From Octopus bimaculoides (Eukaryota), in assembly GCF_001194135.2 (NCBI RefSeq), contig NC_068981.1:120656117-120720116 (forward strand): 64,000 bases of DNA. Direction: 5' to 3'. Below the pieces are notes generated by a model. The model had not been told where the DNA came from and did no database searches. It was given only the letters and a program-made list of their open reading frames with translations. A program made the position numbers and the translations under genes. This document shows positions 25,113 through 40,170 of this stretch, piece after piece (positions within the stretch are counted from its first letter, which is position 1; each line of letters opens with the position of its first letter).

Positions 25113-27196
25113 CTTGTTTCTTATTTTTTGTTTTAATTTTTTTGCCTATCCTTCGTTTCATTCTTAATCTTGTTATGGATTAGTCAAAGAAGAACACTAC
25201 TATTTGTCCCATGGGTGCATTTTGTGGAGTTCACTGTATTGCGAACATAAGGGTCAAGTCTCTGGCTTGATGATAATTTCCTCCCACCAGTCTTGAAGGC
25301 TCTGAAAAATGTCATGGGTGCTGCTTTATATCACTTTATTTAGCCTACTAAAGAAAGAAGAAGAAAGAATCTGAATTTTGTCAATAAGATTCTGTACTGA
25401 AACCAGTAAAAATGATTTGAAATGTTTGTTTCAGTTACAAAAGATAATAGTTATTTATAATGTAGTTTCTGTGTGACATATCATAATAACAGACAAGAGT
25501 ATTATATTAAGGAGATATTGCTTAAGGAACTGGGACATTATAAGAGAATAATGAAACCTATCAAAGAGAGGCTAAATGTCAAGGGGATATCATCAAGGAG
25601 AATATAGTGTAAGCTCAGCAACTTGAATTATAATGTCTGGAGAAAAAGAGGATAAGAAATTATCTATAATGTATTGGAATTGTAAAGATACACCAGCAGC
25701 CCATATACCATTGATTTAATGTTGCATTTAAACAGTTTAGCATGAAACAAATAGCAAACGACCTGTCTCATATGTATAAATTGATATAGCCTTATAGTTA
25801 AGTCTCTATTTCAAGTGTAATTTCATATGCTACTATAACTGTTTCTAGGATATATTAAGTTGGGAACCAGTCATTGCTTGTCCTTGAAATAAGATAAAAT
25901 AAGTGAGAGTAAGATGGAGCAGACTTGAACTAGTTTCTAGCAATTTAAACTAAATCACCATATAACACCATAAACTCTTTTACTTATTTCAGTCATTGGA
26001 CTGTTACCAAGCTGGGTTTCACAATTTTAGTTAGTCATATCGACCCTAGTACTTACTTCACTCTGCTACTTATTTTATCGATCTATATTTGTGAAATGAC
26101 TAAGATGCTTTTTGACTCAATATACCACTTTACAATACTTTTCTGAAGCATAGATGTGTACGCATATACAAGGCATTAGAGTTAAATTTGACAGTTTGTA
26201 TAAAAGAGAAAGAAAACACAATAGCCCAAGTGCTAGTTCCATGTAAATGTGCCTGTGCCAGTGTCACATAAAAGTGCTGGAACCGGTGCTGCGTAAAACA
26301 CTTCTGCCAGTGCCATGTAATAGATGGCCATGGTGGTGCCATCTAAAAGCACCCATGCCAGTGCCACATAAAAAAAAACACCCAGTTTACTCTGTAAAAT
26401 GGTATTAAGAAGAGCATCCAGCCATAGAAACCAAACCAAAGCAACCAAACAAATAGAGTCTGGCAGCCCTCCAGCTGGCCAGTTCCTGTCAAACCGTCCA
26501 ACGAATGCCAACTTGGAGAACAGACATTAAATGATGATGATTGTTAGGACTGGGAGATCACACACACACGCACACGCACACGCACACGCACACACACACA
26601 CACACAACTTATAGACTTAGGGAGAGGAAACAATATGTATTTTGGATTTATCTAACTCATGTGAAGATGGAAATGAGCATAAAAATGATGTTGACGATTA
26701 GTAGAATCATGAGAGTATCAAACAAAATTCCTTGTGACATTTATTCTGGTTCTTTACATTCTGAGTTTGAACCCCGCTAAGTTCAACTTTGCCTTCCTTA
26801 CTTCCAAGGTCAATGAAATAAAGTACAAGTACTTGGATCAATTAGAGTACTTGACAAGTATTTTATTTCACCAAGCCTGGAATGATGAATGGTAAAATTG
26901 TCTTTAGAGGGATTTGATCTCAGAACATAAGGAACCAGAATAGATACTATGAGGTATTCTGTCTGATGCTCTGATGGTTCTGCCAATAACCACCACCCCA
27001 TCATCATCATCATTATCACCACCACCATCACCACCTCCACCACCATTTTTATATTCTGTTTCGATTTTCACATGAGCTGGATATATCTGAAATACAGCAT
27101 TTTTCTTAAGTCCCACATCCTGAATGCTGTGTTTGTGTGTCCATGCATGTATCAGCATATATGTGTTATTTTTATGTACTTGTATGTATGTATGTA

Positions 27197-27236
<40 letters not shown>

Positions 27237-27529
27237 TTTTAGGTATGCATATGCTATGTATATCATTATCTCTTTTGAGAAGTTATAGAATTCAGCTATT
27301 TAGCTATCTTTGTAAGTAGATGAATAAATAATTTAATCAATAAGCCAAAGAGATGTGTAGGGAAAGTGATGAGGAAAAGAAGGTAAACCAGAATAAGCAA
27401 AATATAATTGCAATGATTGGTAAAGAATGATAAGTAAAGCTTTATAGTAATAGACAAGGGAGAGAAAAATAAAGATGAAAATTAATGTTGCAGAAAGAGT
27501 ATCTAATGCTGTTGAGATTGCCAAAAAAT

Positions 27530-27810
27530 GCTTTGTGTGGTCTGCATTGCCTGTTAGAAATTTTCAAAGCATAATGGAAGTATTGGCTCTATTAGCAACA
27601 ATGGATTTCTCTTGCCCAGTATAAAGCAGAAGACAAAATGTGTGAAGCATGTGTAAGAAGTGATGCTTCATGGCATTGAATGTGGAAGAGCTATGCTGGC
27701 TGGAGAGGAATAAAGTAAGCATGGTCTGTTGAATGTGCATAATTATTAACTTGCATGGAACAACGGAACACAAGTGAGCAGAGAGAATGGATGAATATTA
27801 AAGCCAATTG
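27530..27810 (+). mobile_element. Highly decayed RTE-type LINE fragment (post-RT region)
   Basis: Degenerate LLATMDFS...LCWLERNKVSMVC-MC, matching the RTE LLATKG...RLERNEASMLRWMC pattern. Confidence 0.55.
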
Positions 27811-30579
27811 TTGTGATGTGTGTATGATAGGCAATCATACCAGTGCAGTTCATCATCACCATCATCATCGTTTAATATCCGTTTTGCATGCTGGCATGGG
27901 TTGAATGGTTTGGCAGTCAGAGAGCTGTCCAGGCTTCAGTGGTCTGTTTTGGCATGGTTTCTGTGGCTGAGTGCCCTTCCTAACACCAACCACTTTACAG
28001 AGTGTGCTGGATGCTTTTTATATGCCACTAGCATGAATGCATTTATGAGGCATCAATACGAGTGCATTTTATGTGGCACTGGCATGAGGGCACTTTTATG
28101 TAGTATCAACACCTGTAAGACAAAGACCTCTCAGTTGGGAGAGAGAGAGAGAGAGTGTGGGCATGGCTTTAAAGGACATGCTTGTATCTATGAATGGCCA
28201 TGGTTTTACCTAGCTTGACATGTTTTCTCAAGTACAAGAAGTTGCCACAATGCCCTGTCCCTTAGTATCTCTTCATTGAGGCCCAGCATCTGAAGATCAT
28301 TTCTCACCACTTTGTCCCACGTCTTCTTGGATCTACCCTGTGACATTTCTAGTGTTGGTAGATGGTATTTGTGGCAAAGGAAAACTGAGAGAGAGACATG
28401 AGGAAAAATGATGGGTTAGCATCTCTGGACAATGTTTAACTCATTAGCATTAAGATGATTCTGTCAAATGTAATGCTTGTTTATTCATATTATTTTGAAT
28501 TCATCAGGCATTATTTTGCATCTGAGATTTTGATGATGTGTTTCTTTATTTTTAGAATGACATTGTAGGGTATTGACGAGAGACTGGATCTTGCCTGTTT
28601 GTACATAAAACAGGTAGAATATTTGGGCCAGACATGGCTGGTTTAAATACTAAAGGGCTAACACATGGAGTAATTAATATATATATATATATGTCTAAAG
28701 ATAGGCTGACTAATATTTCAGCAAAGCATGCCTTGAACATAAACTTGACAGAATGGTTGTGAAGTTAGCTTCACAATCCTGAAGTTCTAGGTTTGATGCC
28801 ACTATGTGACATGTTAAGCATGAGGCGAAAGTAGGTTGATGAAAACAGTAGAAGTTCATAAGCTGTAGTTGTAAGTCTATGATCTAGCCTAGTCATGTTC
28901 TGTCATATGATTCTTCTTAAGAATTACATTAAAAGTACTCATGTCTGTGGAGTACCTAGACACTTTACATGTTAATTCAATGAGTTAGCTGTTCAGTTGA
29001 TCCAACTACTGGACGCTTTTGTGTCAAAGTTGACAGTAGAGTCTGTCATAGCAGACCTTGATTCTTGAACAATTGTGTAAAGGAGGTACAATTTTTCTTC
29101 TGGACATATTCAAGCAACTTTTTCAGACAACAAAATGCTTGATATCATTCCAGTAGTAATTGTTGTTATTTATCTTTGACTCCTCCACATTTGACATACC
29201 TATGATCAAAAGTGTTCCAGGTGTGCCTATCCTGCCTCCTCTTCCTGTGTAGTGCATCCTGGACTACATTAAGTTATGTGCCTTTCCTTTTTTGAGATTG
29301 TAGGGTGTTGCTTCAGCTGTTGTTTCTAGAGTGAGTAACCACACAGAAGCTTACATTAGATGAATTCTGTTGCATTGTGTCAAGTCTCTCCTTTAATTTC
29401 TGCTAAGCTCTGAGAGTGAAATAGGGATGGAGTTACTGAGGTATTTCTGTTTTTACAGAAAAATGAGAAAGGTAATGAAACCTCAATAAAGAAAGAAAAC
29501 TCTACATTTATTTTGTTCACTCACAGGTGAATGCTTGGAGCAGGTCTATTCATTTAGGCAATCCATGTTTGCCATTCTTAGCCATCTTTCAACACATTTG
29601 TTGTTGGGTAGGTGGGGCAACAACTGTTGTTTCATCATTATCTTTCTCTCTCTGAGTGAATTCTTTCATTTTTAGTCATGGAGGCAACAAAATTTTAAAG
29701 TACACTAGCACAAGCTGAAAACAAAATCTTTTTATCATGTAAATTTGTCTGTCTATATATTTATCTGTTTGTCTGTCTCTGCCTATCTTTTTGTTTGTCT
29801 CTGTCTGTCTCTATTTGACTCTATCTATTTGTCTGTCTGTCAGTCAATCAATCTAGCTGTCTATCTATCTGCCCATCTATCTGTCTGTCTGTCTGTCCCA
29901 CTCACAACACAAATTATGTATGTATGTGCACGCACACAGACACAGACACACACACACACACACTGCAATAAACCAATGCATACACTCTCATATACACTTA
30001 CATTATGCATATCTATTTATCTACCAACACACACACACATAAAACCAAATATAAGTACACATCTATATAGATAACAAGCATATGTAAAAAAAAAAGTACT
30101 TTGCCAAACTCATTCATGTTCATTGAACTAGATTTTATTGCCTTGTTGGGCAAGAAGTGTTTTAGATGAAATCTCTTTGTATCCTTTAATATTTACTCAA
30201 GCTAATGTTTTAGCTATCTTTTGCTATTAGGCTACCCACCTCTTGTTTGTATGCATTAAGTTAAGATGTTTGGTAATGGATAAAGCTGCAGTGGCTGGCT
30301 TTGAAATTAATCTATGAGAGGAAAGAAACAGAATAAAAAACAAAACAAAACAAAAAAAAACAACTAACTACCTCCTCCTTCCCTCAACCAATCACTATCA
30401 CAACCAAAAACAACTCTGAAATATTTAACAAAATACATTGAAACAATGCAGACTTTTGATACAACATAAAAATAACAAGCATTGGTTCCATTCCATTTTA
30501 GGTTTTTGGAAATAGTTAAGGGATGGATGGTAGAGGTGACAGTAAATGTATTTTTGTAGCTAAAATAGTTTTGTATCTG

Positions 30580-31017
30580 NNNNNNNNNNNNNNNNNNNNN
30601 NNNNNNNNNNNNNNNNNNNNNNNNNNNNNNNNNNNNNNNNNNNNNNNNNNNNNNNNNNNNNNNNNNNNNNNNNNNNNNNNNNNNNNNNNNNNNNNNNNNN
30701 NNNNNNNNNNNNNNNNNNNNNNNNNNNNNNNNNNNNNNNNNNNNNNNNNNNNNNNNNNNNNNNNNNNNNNNNNNNNNNNNNNNNNNNNNNNNNNNNNNNN
30801 NNNNNNNNNNNNNNNNNNNNNNNNNNNNNNNNNNNNNNNNNNNNNNNNNNNNNNNNNNNNNNNNNNNNNNNNNNNNNNNNNNNNNNNNNNNNNNNNNNNN
30901 NNNNNNNNNNNNNNNNNNNNNNNNNNNNNNNNNNNNNNNNNNNNNNNNNNNNNNNNNNNNNNNNNNNNNNNNNNNNNNNNNNNNNNNNNNNNNNNNNNNN
31001 NNNNNNNNNNNNNNNNN
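30580..31017. other. Assembly gap (N run)
   Basis: Run of N. Confidence 0.99.
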
Positions 31018-31054
31018 CCACTACTACCACCACAAGCCCCCCCCTACTACCACC

Positions 31055-31117
<63 letters not shown>

Positions 31118-31778
31118 GTTATTTATTATTGTTTCATCGTAAGGTATGGTTTATACAATATCGGTTTTTGTTGGCATTTGTATTTTGTTGTGTTAGCTGC
31201 CAGACCTTAACTAAAGGCTTTGGACAGAAAGTACCTTTTGAAGAAGATAAGTTGTTTCAAGGAGTGCAAAAGTTTTGGAGTTCTCACTTGTCATTCTTGA
31301 TGTCTGACCATTCGAAGTGGTCTGACTTTTTTTTGTCTTGTTTTTGATTGAACCTAATAATACTCCACAAATAAATGGTGCAACTTTCACTTTTACTACT
31401 GGAGGAATGAAATGGTGGGAATATGTGGGGGTACAAAATAGGCAATAGATGAGGGGATATATGCATGCAGTTTGTCTCCCAGTTCAATACTTTTCAATCA
31501 TCTGAAGTCTGAAGCTCCATAAGCCGAAGGGCAAGGGAAACAAGAGGAAAGGCAAGACAAGCTCCAATCTCAGACAACGAAACGCCCTTCAGACACAATA
31601 AAATGATAAGTAAAAGTTCAGTTTGAAAACAGTCAGGCAAGCCTGCTTGAGGGATCAGAGCAGAAATGGAGATTGGAGTCTCAAACCAATAGACAATCTT
31701 GCTTGACAAAACATGAGACACCAGAGTAGAAACGATGGAGGTTGGAGTTCTCTCTCTCTCTCTCTCTCTTTCTCTCTT

Positions 31779-31818
<40 letters not shown>

Positions 31819-32970
31819 AGGCACAAGCACATACACAGACATATACACACACGGCAGTAACTTCTGCCTACCAAATTCAATCACAAAGCTTCAGTCGGCC
31901 TGGGGCTATAGCAGAAGACACTTGCCCAAGGTGCCACGCAGTGGGACTGAACCCGAAACCATGTAGCTGGGAAGCTAGCTTCCTAACCACACAGCCGTAC
32001 CCACATCTAAGGCTGATAGAAAAGCCTGCTTAAGAGAACAGGTTAACAGAACAACTTCATGGTAACACAGCCAGAAATGCTGGCTCCAGAGAACAGGAAG
32101 CAGAGCAATGACAAGTCAGGCTGGAATTTAAACTTTTTCTCATGAACAGTAATGACTAGCAGACTTAAACTATGACCTGATACATGGGCATTATGATAGA
32201 TGCCTTATGAATACATTTGAATACAGTAGAGACCATGGTGAAGGCCAGGTGACCATGTGAGTGCTTTTTATGTGCCACTGGCACTAGGGCCAGTCAGGCG
32301 GTAATGGCAATGACCACGCTTGAATGGTGACACGTAAAAGGCACCATTCGAGCGTGGTTGTTGCCAGTACTGCCTGACTGGCTCCCGTGCCAGTGGCACA
32401 TAAAAAACATCATTCAAGTGTGGTCAATGCCAGTACTGCCTGATTGACCCTTGTGCTGGCGGCACATAAAAAGCGCTCACTACACTCTAGGAGTGTTTGG
32501 TGTTAGGAAGGGCATCCGGCTGTAGAAACTTTGCCAGATCAGATTGGAGCCTGGTACAGCCTTCTGGCTTGCCAGCCCCCAGTCAAACCATCCAACCCAT
32601 GCCAGCATAGAAAGTGGACGTTAAACAACGATGATGATGATGATGATGATGATGATGATATATATATATGTATATGTATGTATAAATGTATTTGTATCTA
32701 TCATCATCATCGTTTAACGTCCGCCTTCCATGCTAGCATGGGTTGGACGATTTGACTGAGGACTGGTGAAACCGGATGGCAACACCAGGCTCCAATCTAA
32801 TTTGGCAGAGTTTCTACAGCTGGATGCCCTTCCTAACGCCAACCACTCAGAGAGTGTAGTGGGTGCTTTTACGTGTCACCCGCTCGAAAACGGCCACGCT
32901 CGAAATGGTGTCTTTTATGTGCCACTTGCACAAGAGCCAGTCCAGGGTCACTATGTATATATATATATTT

Positions 32971-33405
32971 GAGAAAAAAAGTCGTCAGAATTTTGGAAAA
33001 AAATCTATTTATTTCTTCGTCATTATTAGCGCTTTCGTTCCTTTATCGAACTTGTCAAATAAAATTTTGTGAATGTACAAACAGCATGTTCATTTATATA
33101 AAACAGATGTTTTTTGGGGGTTTTGTTTAGAAGAAGAGAACATTGTTTTTTTTTTTTTTTGGTGAGGTTCCATGACAATGGAGATAGATAGAAAGAAATA
33201 TAGGTAGGTAGATAGGCTGATAGATAGATAGGTATCTATCTGTCTGTCTATATTGTCATGGAGTGTCATCCCCCCCCCCCCCAAATAAAACTGTTCTCTT
33301 CTAAACAAAATCCCCCAAAACATGTTTTATATAAATGAACAAGCTGTTTGTACATTCACAAAATTTAATTTGACAAGTTCCAAAATTCTGACGACTTTTC
33401 TTCTC
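32971..33405. mobile_element. Fold-back/MITE-like element, palindromic over almost its whole length
   Basis: gagaaaaaaagtcgtcagaattttggaa ... ttccaaaattctgacgacttttcttctc; arms continue through gtacaaacagc and ccatgacaat/attgtcatgg to a (GATA)n/(TATC)n centre. Confidence 0.8.
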
Positions 33406-34108
33406 AATATTCAATTTCTGTACACCACACTTAACACTCTATACACATGTATGTATATATGTGTACACATGCACATAAATGGCCAGTTTGTGAAGAGTTT
33501 CCATGTACAAAATTCATTCATGAGGCATTGATTAGTTCAAGGTTGTAGTATAAGATACTTGTTTAAGGTCTCACACTATGAAATTGATGCCAAAATCATG
33601 ATGCCTGAAAGCTGACTTCTTCTTAACCATATAATACAACATGCATTACTTTGAATAGTTTGTTGTGTTTTGAAGTTTGTGGTCGATAGAGTGGAAAACA
33701 TCAGGAAGAACAGGTGATGTCCGTGAAATATATTATATCTTATTATTTGTATAAAAGTATCGTAGTTCCTTATTTTATTCTGGTTGTGAATATTTTCAGC
33801 CTGTTTAATTATCATTTTTGGTATGTAGTATTTATATTTTGTATGGAGTGGAGATCATTGGTTTGTTATATGCTATTCTTAGAATGTTTAAGTTTGTGTG
33901 GATAATCAGTATAAAAGTGTTTGCATAACATGTGTACAGACTTCTGGACAATGTCCATGAAACTATAGATAAAATGTATTTGTATGCCTGTGTGTGTATG
34001 CAAGGTTTTTATATATACATATTTGTATGGGTATATATTTGAGTATATATACATATCTGTGGGTGTGACCATGTTTGTATACCTATTTATGTATGTCTAT
34101 AGGTATAT

Positions 34109-34445
34109 GAAGGCACATGGCTCAGTTGTTAGAGTGTTGAGCTCACAATCACGAGGTAGAGAGTTTGATTCCCAGACTGGGCTGTGTGTTGTGTTCTTGA
34201 GCAAGGCACTTTATTTCACGTTGCTTCAGTTCACTCAGCTGTAGAAATGAGTTGCAATGTCACTGCTGTATTGGCCTTTGCCTTTCCCTTAGATAACATC
34301 AGTGGGATGGAGAGGGGAGGCTGGTGTGCATGGGTAACTGCTGGTCTTCCATGAACAACCTTGCTCAGACTTGTGCCTTGGAGGGTAACTTTCTTGGTGC
34401 AACCCATGGCCCTTCATGACTGAAGGGAGGTCTTTATCCTTTTAC
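34109..34445 (+). mobile_element. tRNA-derived SINE with the central gtgttcttgagcaaggcacttt...cactcagctgtagaaatgag block (related heads at about 43400-43680(-) and 55088-55330)
   Basis: A/B-box-like head TGGCTCAGTTG...GAGTTTGATTCC and a central block shared among the copies. Confidence 0.7.
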
Positions 34446-35763
34446 CCTTAGGTATGTGTATAAAACATGTTAAAACAATGATGATGAGGAGGAGAATGTG
34501 AGATTGATGTTTCATGTTCAAGATAACATGACAATAGGATAGCAGGACAGAATCTTCTGCCTCTCCACATAGCATTTGAGAAAACTTGGATCTTGGAGGT
34601 TTTGGATATGGCATCTAAACAGGTTAATTAGAAATGTAGTGCAATTAATTGTTGGGATAATCAATATTTTTTCATCTGTGAAAGAGTGGAGGATGGAGTA
34701 TAGGGTTGATAGATTTGCTGAAGTTTGTGATGGCAAGTGAGTTTTATTTATTATTGAAGCCATGTTTTGTTTGTTTTAAGATATTACTAATTAATATGGT
34801 TGTTGTTATGTATCTGAAACACATAATTGCTGTGGTCACCCTATAAATGTCATTGTTGTATAGTCTCCTCTCAGAACATGCTAGTACAAGGGTTCATCAT
34901 CATCATCTTAACATCTAACTTCTGTTTTCCATGCCGGCATGGGTTGGATGAGCTGCATCAGGTTCTGTAGTCTGTTTCGGCTTAGTTTCTACAGCTGGAT
35001 GCCCTTCTTAATGCCAATCAATTTACAGAGTATACTAGGTGTTTTTTTTTTTTACATGGCACCAGCACCAAGAGCTGTTGTTGTTTGACCTCAAATCAGT
35101 CCAGCTCAATCATTTACCTATAATCAAAGGTGTTCTAGGTGTAAATATCCTTTTTTTGGGGTGATGGTGTCATAATATATATATCTGAAATTTTGTTCCC
35201 TTATATATTCTACATTTCTTTTAGGTTGTACAATGTAACACAAAGGAAATTTGGCTTTCTATTTCTAGCAGCTTCAGTGATCATGTAGGGGTTCCCTCAT
35301 CTGCTTGTAGTACTGTGATGTGCACAAATGTGAAAATATATTAAGTGTGGATAGTATAATGTGTAGGTAGTGATAGATGTGGGTAGGATTTCAAATTGAA
35401 AGACCATGGGAATATGTTTTCTTTTGTTAGGTTTACAGTTCAGGATTAAATATATCTTTTACTTGTTTCAGTCATTAGACTGTGGCCATGCTGGAGCACC
35501 ACCTTAAAGAATCTTAGTCACACTAAACAACCTCAGTACTATATATATATCCTTTACTTTTTTATTTGTTTCAGTCATTTGACTGCAGTCATGTTGGGGT
35601 ACCTCCTTGAAGGGCTTTAGTTGAACAACTCGACCCCAGGACTTGTTTCTAAAGTCTAGTACTTTTTCTATTGAGCTCTTTTGCTGAACTGATTAGTTAC
35701 AGGGATGTAAACACTCCAAAATTAGTTGTCAAGTGTTGATGGGAGATAAACACAGACACAAAG

Positions 35764-35798
<35 letters not shown>

Positions 35799-38712
35799 AC
35801 AAGCTTCTTTCAGTTTCCATCTACCAAATCCACTCACATGGCTTTGATCAGCCTGAGGCTATAGTAGAAGACACTTGCCCAAGGTGATACACAATGGGAT
35901 TGAACCTGAGACCATATATGGTTGGGAAGCAAACTGCTTACCACACAGCCACACCTGCATGTACTCCATTGTTACTCAGTTTCACACACCTGTAATAATG
36001 CATGCACACTCATTCAGGTGTTGTTTGGGGAGTAAGATAGTTCATCAAATGAGGCACAAACAACGGTGCATGTAACTCTAGCCAGGTACAAAACTTGAAC
36101 AACAAAGGAGTGAATCATCAAATAATTCTTAATAAATATGATCTATGCAACATGTATTGAATATTTGTTTCTTCTGTTTGGATAAAATGGCTGGGTAGAT
36201 GCATGGATGGATGGATAGATGGATGGTTGGATTGGTAAATCTTTGTTTTCACAAAAACACTTTTCTTAATTGGTGATTTAGAACAGCCATACAACTACCC
36301 TTTGATAATGTTGGGGCTAACAACAAGGTTGATAATTTATCTCTGTTCAGAATAGACCCCTTTCTATAAAGAAGCAAACAAACCAGTTGCACAACTGTAT
36401 TCAACTAATTCAAATGGTTCGAAAATAATCATTTTGTGATATTCTGTCTCAATAAACTAGTTGATGTGCAAAAGAAACAAATATATGAAATCAATAAATA
36501 AGAAATGCAAAAAAAAAAAAAAGAAAAGTATATATGCACACAATTTCTATAAACTTGATGTTACACACCCACACACACCAACCCACCCACACACACACTT
36601 ATACAATCAATATATGTTTGTGCTTAAAAAGAAAGTGTGCTCTGGTAAATGAATTATTTACGAGTTAAATGAATGGGATGATGATGTAAGAAAATAACTG
36701 TTTCTTAGTAAAAGGGTTTTTAAGAAATAAGAAGCAGAAGTAATGGCGTTTACGCATTTTTTCCTGATGTTATTACTAGTTAATGTTAGTGAGATGATTA
36801 CGTAGTAAGAATTTAAGTCCATGTATTAACTCAATTAACCAACAACAGCAAATGTTTGAGGTCATTTGAACTTCAAAAAATAGCAGTGAAATGTTCCTTA
36901 AATCAAACTCTACTATCTTAAAACAAAAGGGAGGACACTTTAGATAGTGCTTGTGATCATAGTTCATTTTGTTTTATTCTAGGGACTAAACATTGACAAG
37001 TCAAAATGAAAGAGCCTACATATAGTTGCTCAAACTTCTAGAAATAGAGGTCAAATCTTTCTCAAATTCCACCCAAGTGTCATTAGTAAAAGATACATTG
37101 GATAATGTGGTCCTGGATATACTGTAACTGAAGAGCCCTCACCATCACCACCAAAAAAAGAAGACATAGGATGGTCATGGTTGACATGCATTTTGATCAT
37201 AGGTTTTCTTGATCAGGAAGTCCTAAGGCTAAATAATAATAACGATGACTCACTTTAACTAACCTCATCTGTCTCACAGCAGTTGAGATTATTGTAATTT
37301 CATTATGAACAATGTCTGTTTAGAACCAATTGTATTTAAATAATGAAGTAACCCTGCTGTGTTTCGAGAGTTCTATTAGTTAATATCTCAGTTTTAACCA
37401 TAAACAAAACACATCTGTTGGAACTTCTGTCTGTTCAACAGCTGTAATATTCTTTAAAAGCAATACTTAAAATAAAAATTTTAAAAAAAACTGCTCCGTC
37501 ATGGCTGTGTAATAAGAAACTTGCTTTCCAACCACATGGTTCCAGGTTCAGTCCCACTGCATGGCACTTTGTGCAAAGCTTTGTGAGTGGATTTGGTAGA
37601 GTGAGACTGGAAGAAGCCTGGTTCTAGGTTCAGTCCCATTGTGCAACACCTTGTGCAAATGTTGTCTACTATAGCCCTGGGCTAACTAAAGCCTTGTGAA
37701 TGAATTTGATAAATGGAAACTGAAAGAAGCCTGTTGTATGTGTGTGTGTGTGTTTTTGTGATTGTGTCTTTGTGTTTGTCTCCCACTACTGTTTGATAAC
37801 AAGTGTTGGTTTGTTTATGTCCCTTGGCAAAAGAGAAAGACAGAGAGACTGCTGGGATAAGTATGAGGTCAATTTGTTTGACTAAACCCTAGAAGGTGGT
37901 GCTCCAGCATGGCTGCAGTTCAAAAGTGAAATGAATATAAGATAAAAGATGGAAAAATATAATTCAGTGATTGACAGTTTGATAAGAAATATTATGGAGC
38001 TTATTGAATGCCATTTGGTGTTTTATTTAGTGTCACAAGTACTTTCGGTTATGATTAAGTAAAGACTTAAACATGATCAAAACACATGTTCAGATGACTT
38101 AGCACACAGCTTAAACACATTTATTTATAAATGCCTTTCACTTTGGTTTAAGCATTCAATGAAATTAATCAATTTTAGATCAGTTTCACTTCTCCTCAGT
38201 CTTCTTATTTATTTATATTTATTCATTTATTCATTTACCTGTAGGTTGTGTTTGAATATTTGAGTAGTAGATGTATGTCAGATCTTACAGGCACAGCTGA
38301 CTGAAGCTACTTAACGATAATAACAATATGATTTATAGTTGAATACAAACATAATGATGATGATGATGGTGGTGGTGGTGGTATGAGTTGTGGTGGCAAG
38401 TCCTACTAAAGAGAGCTTATAATTTATTATTTATTATTTACCATCATGTCTTTGGATCTTGGGGCTTGCTTTACTATAATTTTCCTTTTTTCGATTTTAA
38501 AAGTTTTATATTGCATTTTGTGATCAATAGAATGGTTGTTTACAGCTTCACAATAGACCAATGACAAGTTCACTGCATCTTTTATAGTGGGAATATCTCT
38601 ACAACTTGTAGGGAACTAATATCACCAGGTATTTTTGTTCAAAAAGCATTTGTTTGTCACCTTTTGGTTCTGCCAAAATACATAAGCAAAGTGTTACACA
38701 CAAGCATGCACG

Positions 38713-38747
<35 letters not shown>

Positions 38748-39443
38748 CATCATCATTTAACGTCTGTCTTCATGGTGGCATGGGTTTAACGGTTTGACAG
38801 AAGCTGGCTAGGCAAAAGACCATGCTTCACTGTCTGTTTTGGCATGTTTTTTATGGCTGGATACCTTTCCTAACTCCAAGCACTCAGTAGAGTAGACTGA
38901 GTGCTTTTTAAGTGGCACCAGCATTGGCAGGGTCACCTTGTAACTTGCAAGACATAAATCCTTTGGCTTTGGCTCTTGTTGTTTTTGTGTTAACTCCCCC
39001 ACCTCTAGCCCATGTTTTCTTTCATATATGTACTGGCCCCATACTAGCCATATGCTTGGCTGCCACACAGTGGGATTGAACCCAGAGCCATGTGTTTGGG
39101 AAGCAAGCTTCTTACCAAACAACTGCTCCTGTGCCTATAAATCTTTCCTAAAAAAATCACTCAGCAAAATTTTGTACTAAGAACACTTTGTAGACTTTTT
39201 TATTTTTCTTCTTTTAAGAATATATCTTTTGTGATATCCAAATTCCAAACATATGCAACTTCAGTTCTGTAAAAATTTTTACACAGATTCAAATCTTTTG
39301 AATCCCCTTTCAGTTTCTGTTTAAACCTAATCCTTACTCTAACTTGAAATTATAATCCTAAGTGCTAACACGAAACCCTAATGTTAAATACTAACCCTCA
39401 GTGGAGTAAAAAGAGCATGATATGAAAGATGTATGTGTGTGTG

Positions 39444-39500
<57 letters not shown>

Positions 39501-40137
39501 AAAAGAATGAGTTTGGTTCAATCACAAATATAGTTGTAGGATTAAGTTACTTCCATTTGTGTGTGTAATGTCATAAGTGTATGTGTATACATTTTAATAG
39601 AGTACACCTTTGATCTAAATCATTCCTTTTCTCAAAGGTGACAACATGTGACACACACACAAACAGTTTTCTTTAGTTATCAACTGTCTGTTACAACTTG
39701 GCTTTGTAAACTGATTGAACGCGGGCGCATGGGTATCCCTGAATGACAGCTGTATTAACGTTACATCCCACTGCCATTCTATATTTGTTGCTTGCACAAT
39801 TCTGTTCTCCCCTTCCCTGATATCAGTCACTCTGCCTGTGCCTCGTTATTTCCCTCGCACTAACACTCTTGCACCCTTCTCGTTTTATCCCAAAATATCC
39901 CACCCTACTATTACAATTTCGTAAGCTATAAGATATATATATGCACACACATATATCACCATCATCATCATTTAACATCTGTTTTCCATGCTGGCATGGG
40001 TTGGACGGTTTGATCAGAGCTGGCTAGGCAGAAGAATGCATCAGGTTTCACTCTGTTTTAGCATTGTTTTTACAGATGGATGTCCTTCCCAACACCAACT
40101 ACCTTACGGTGTGGACTGAGTACTTTTTACATGGCAC

Positions 40138-40170
<33 letters not shown>

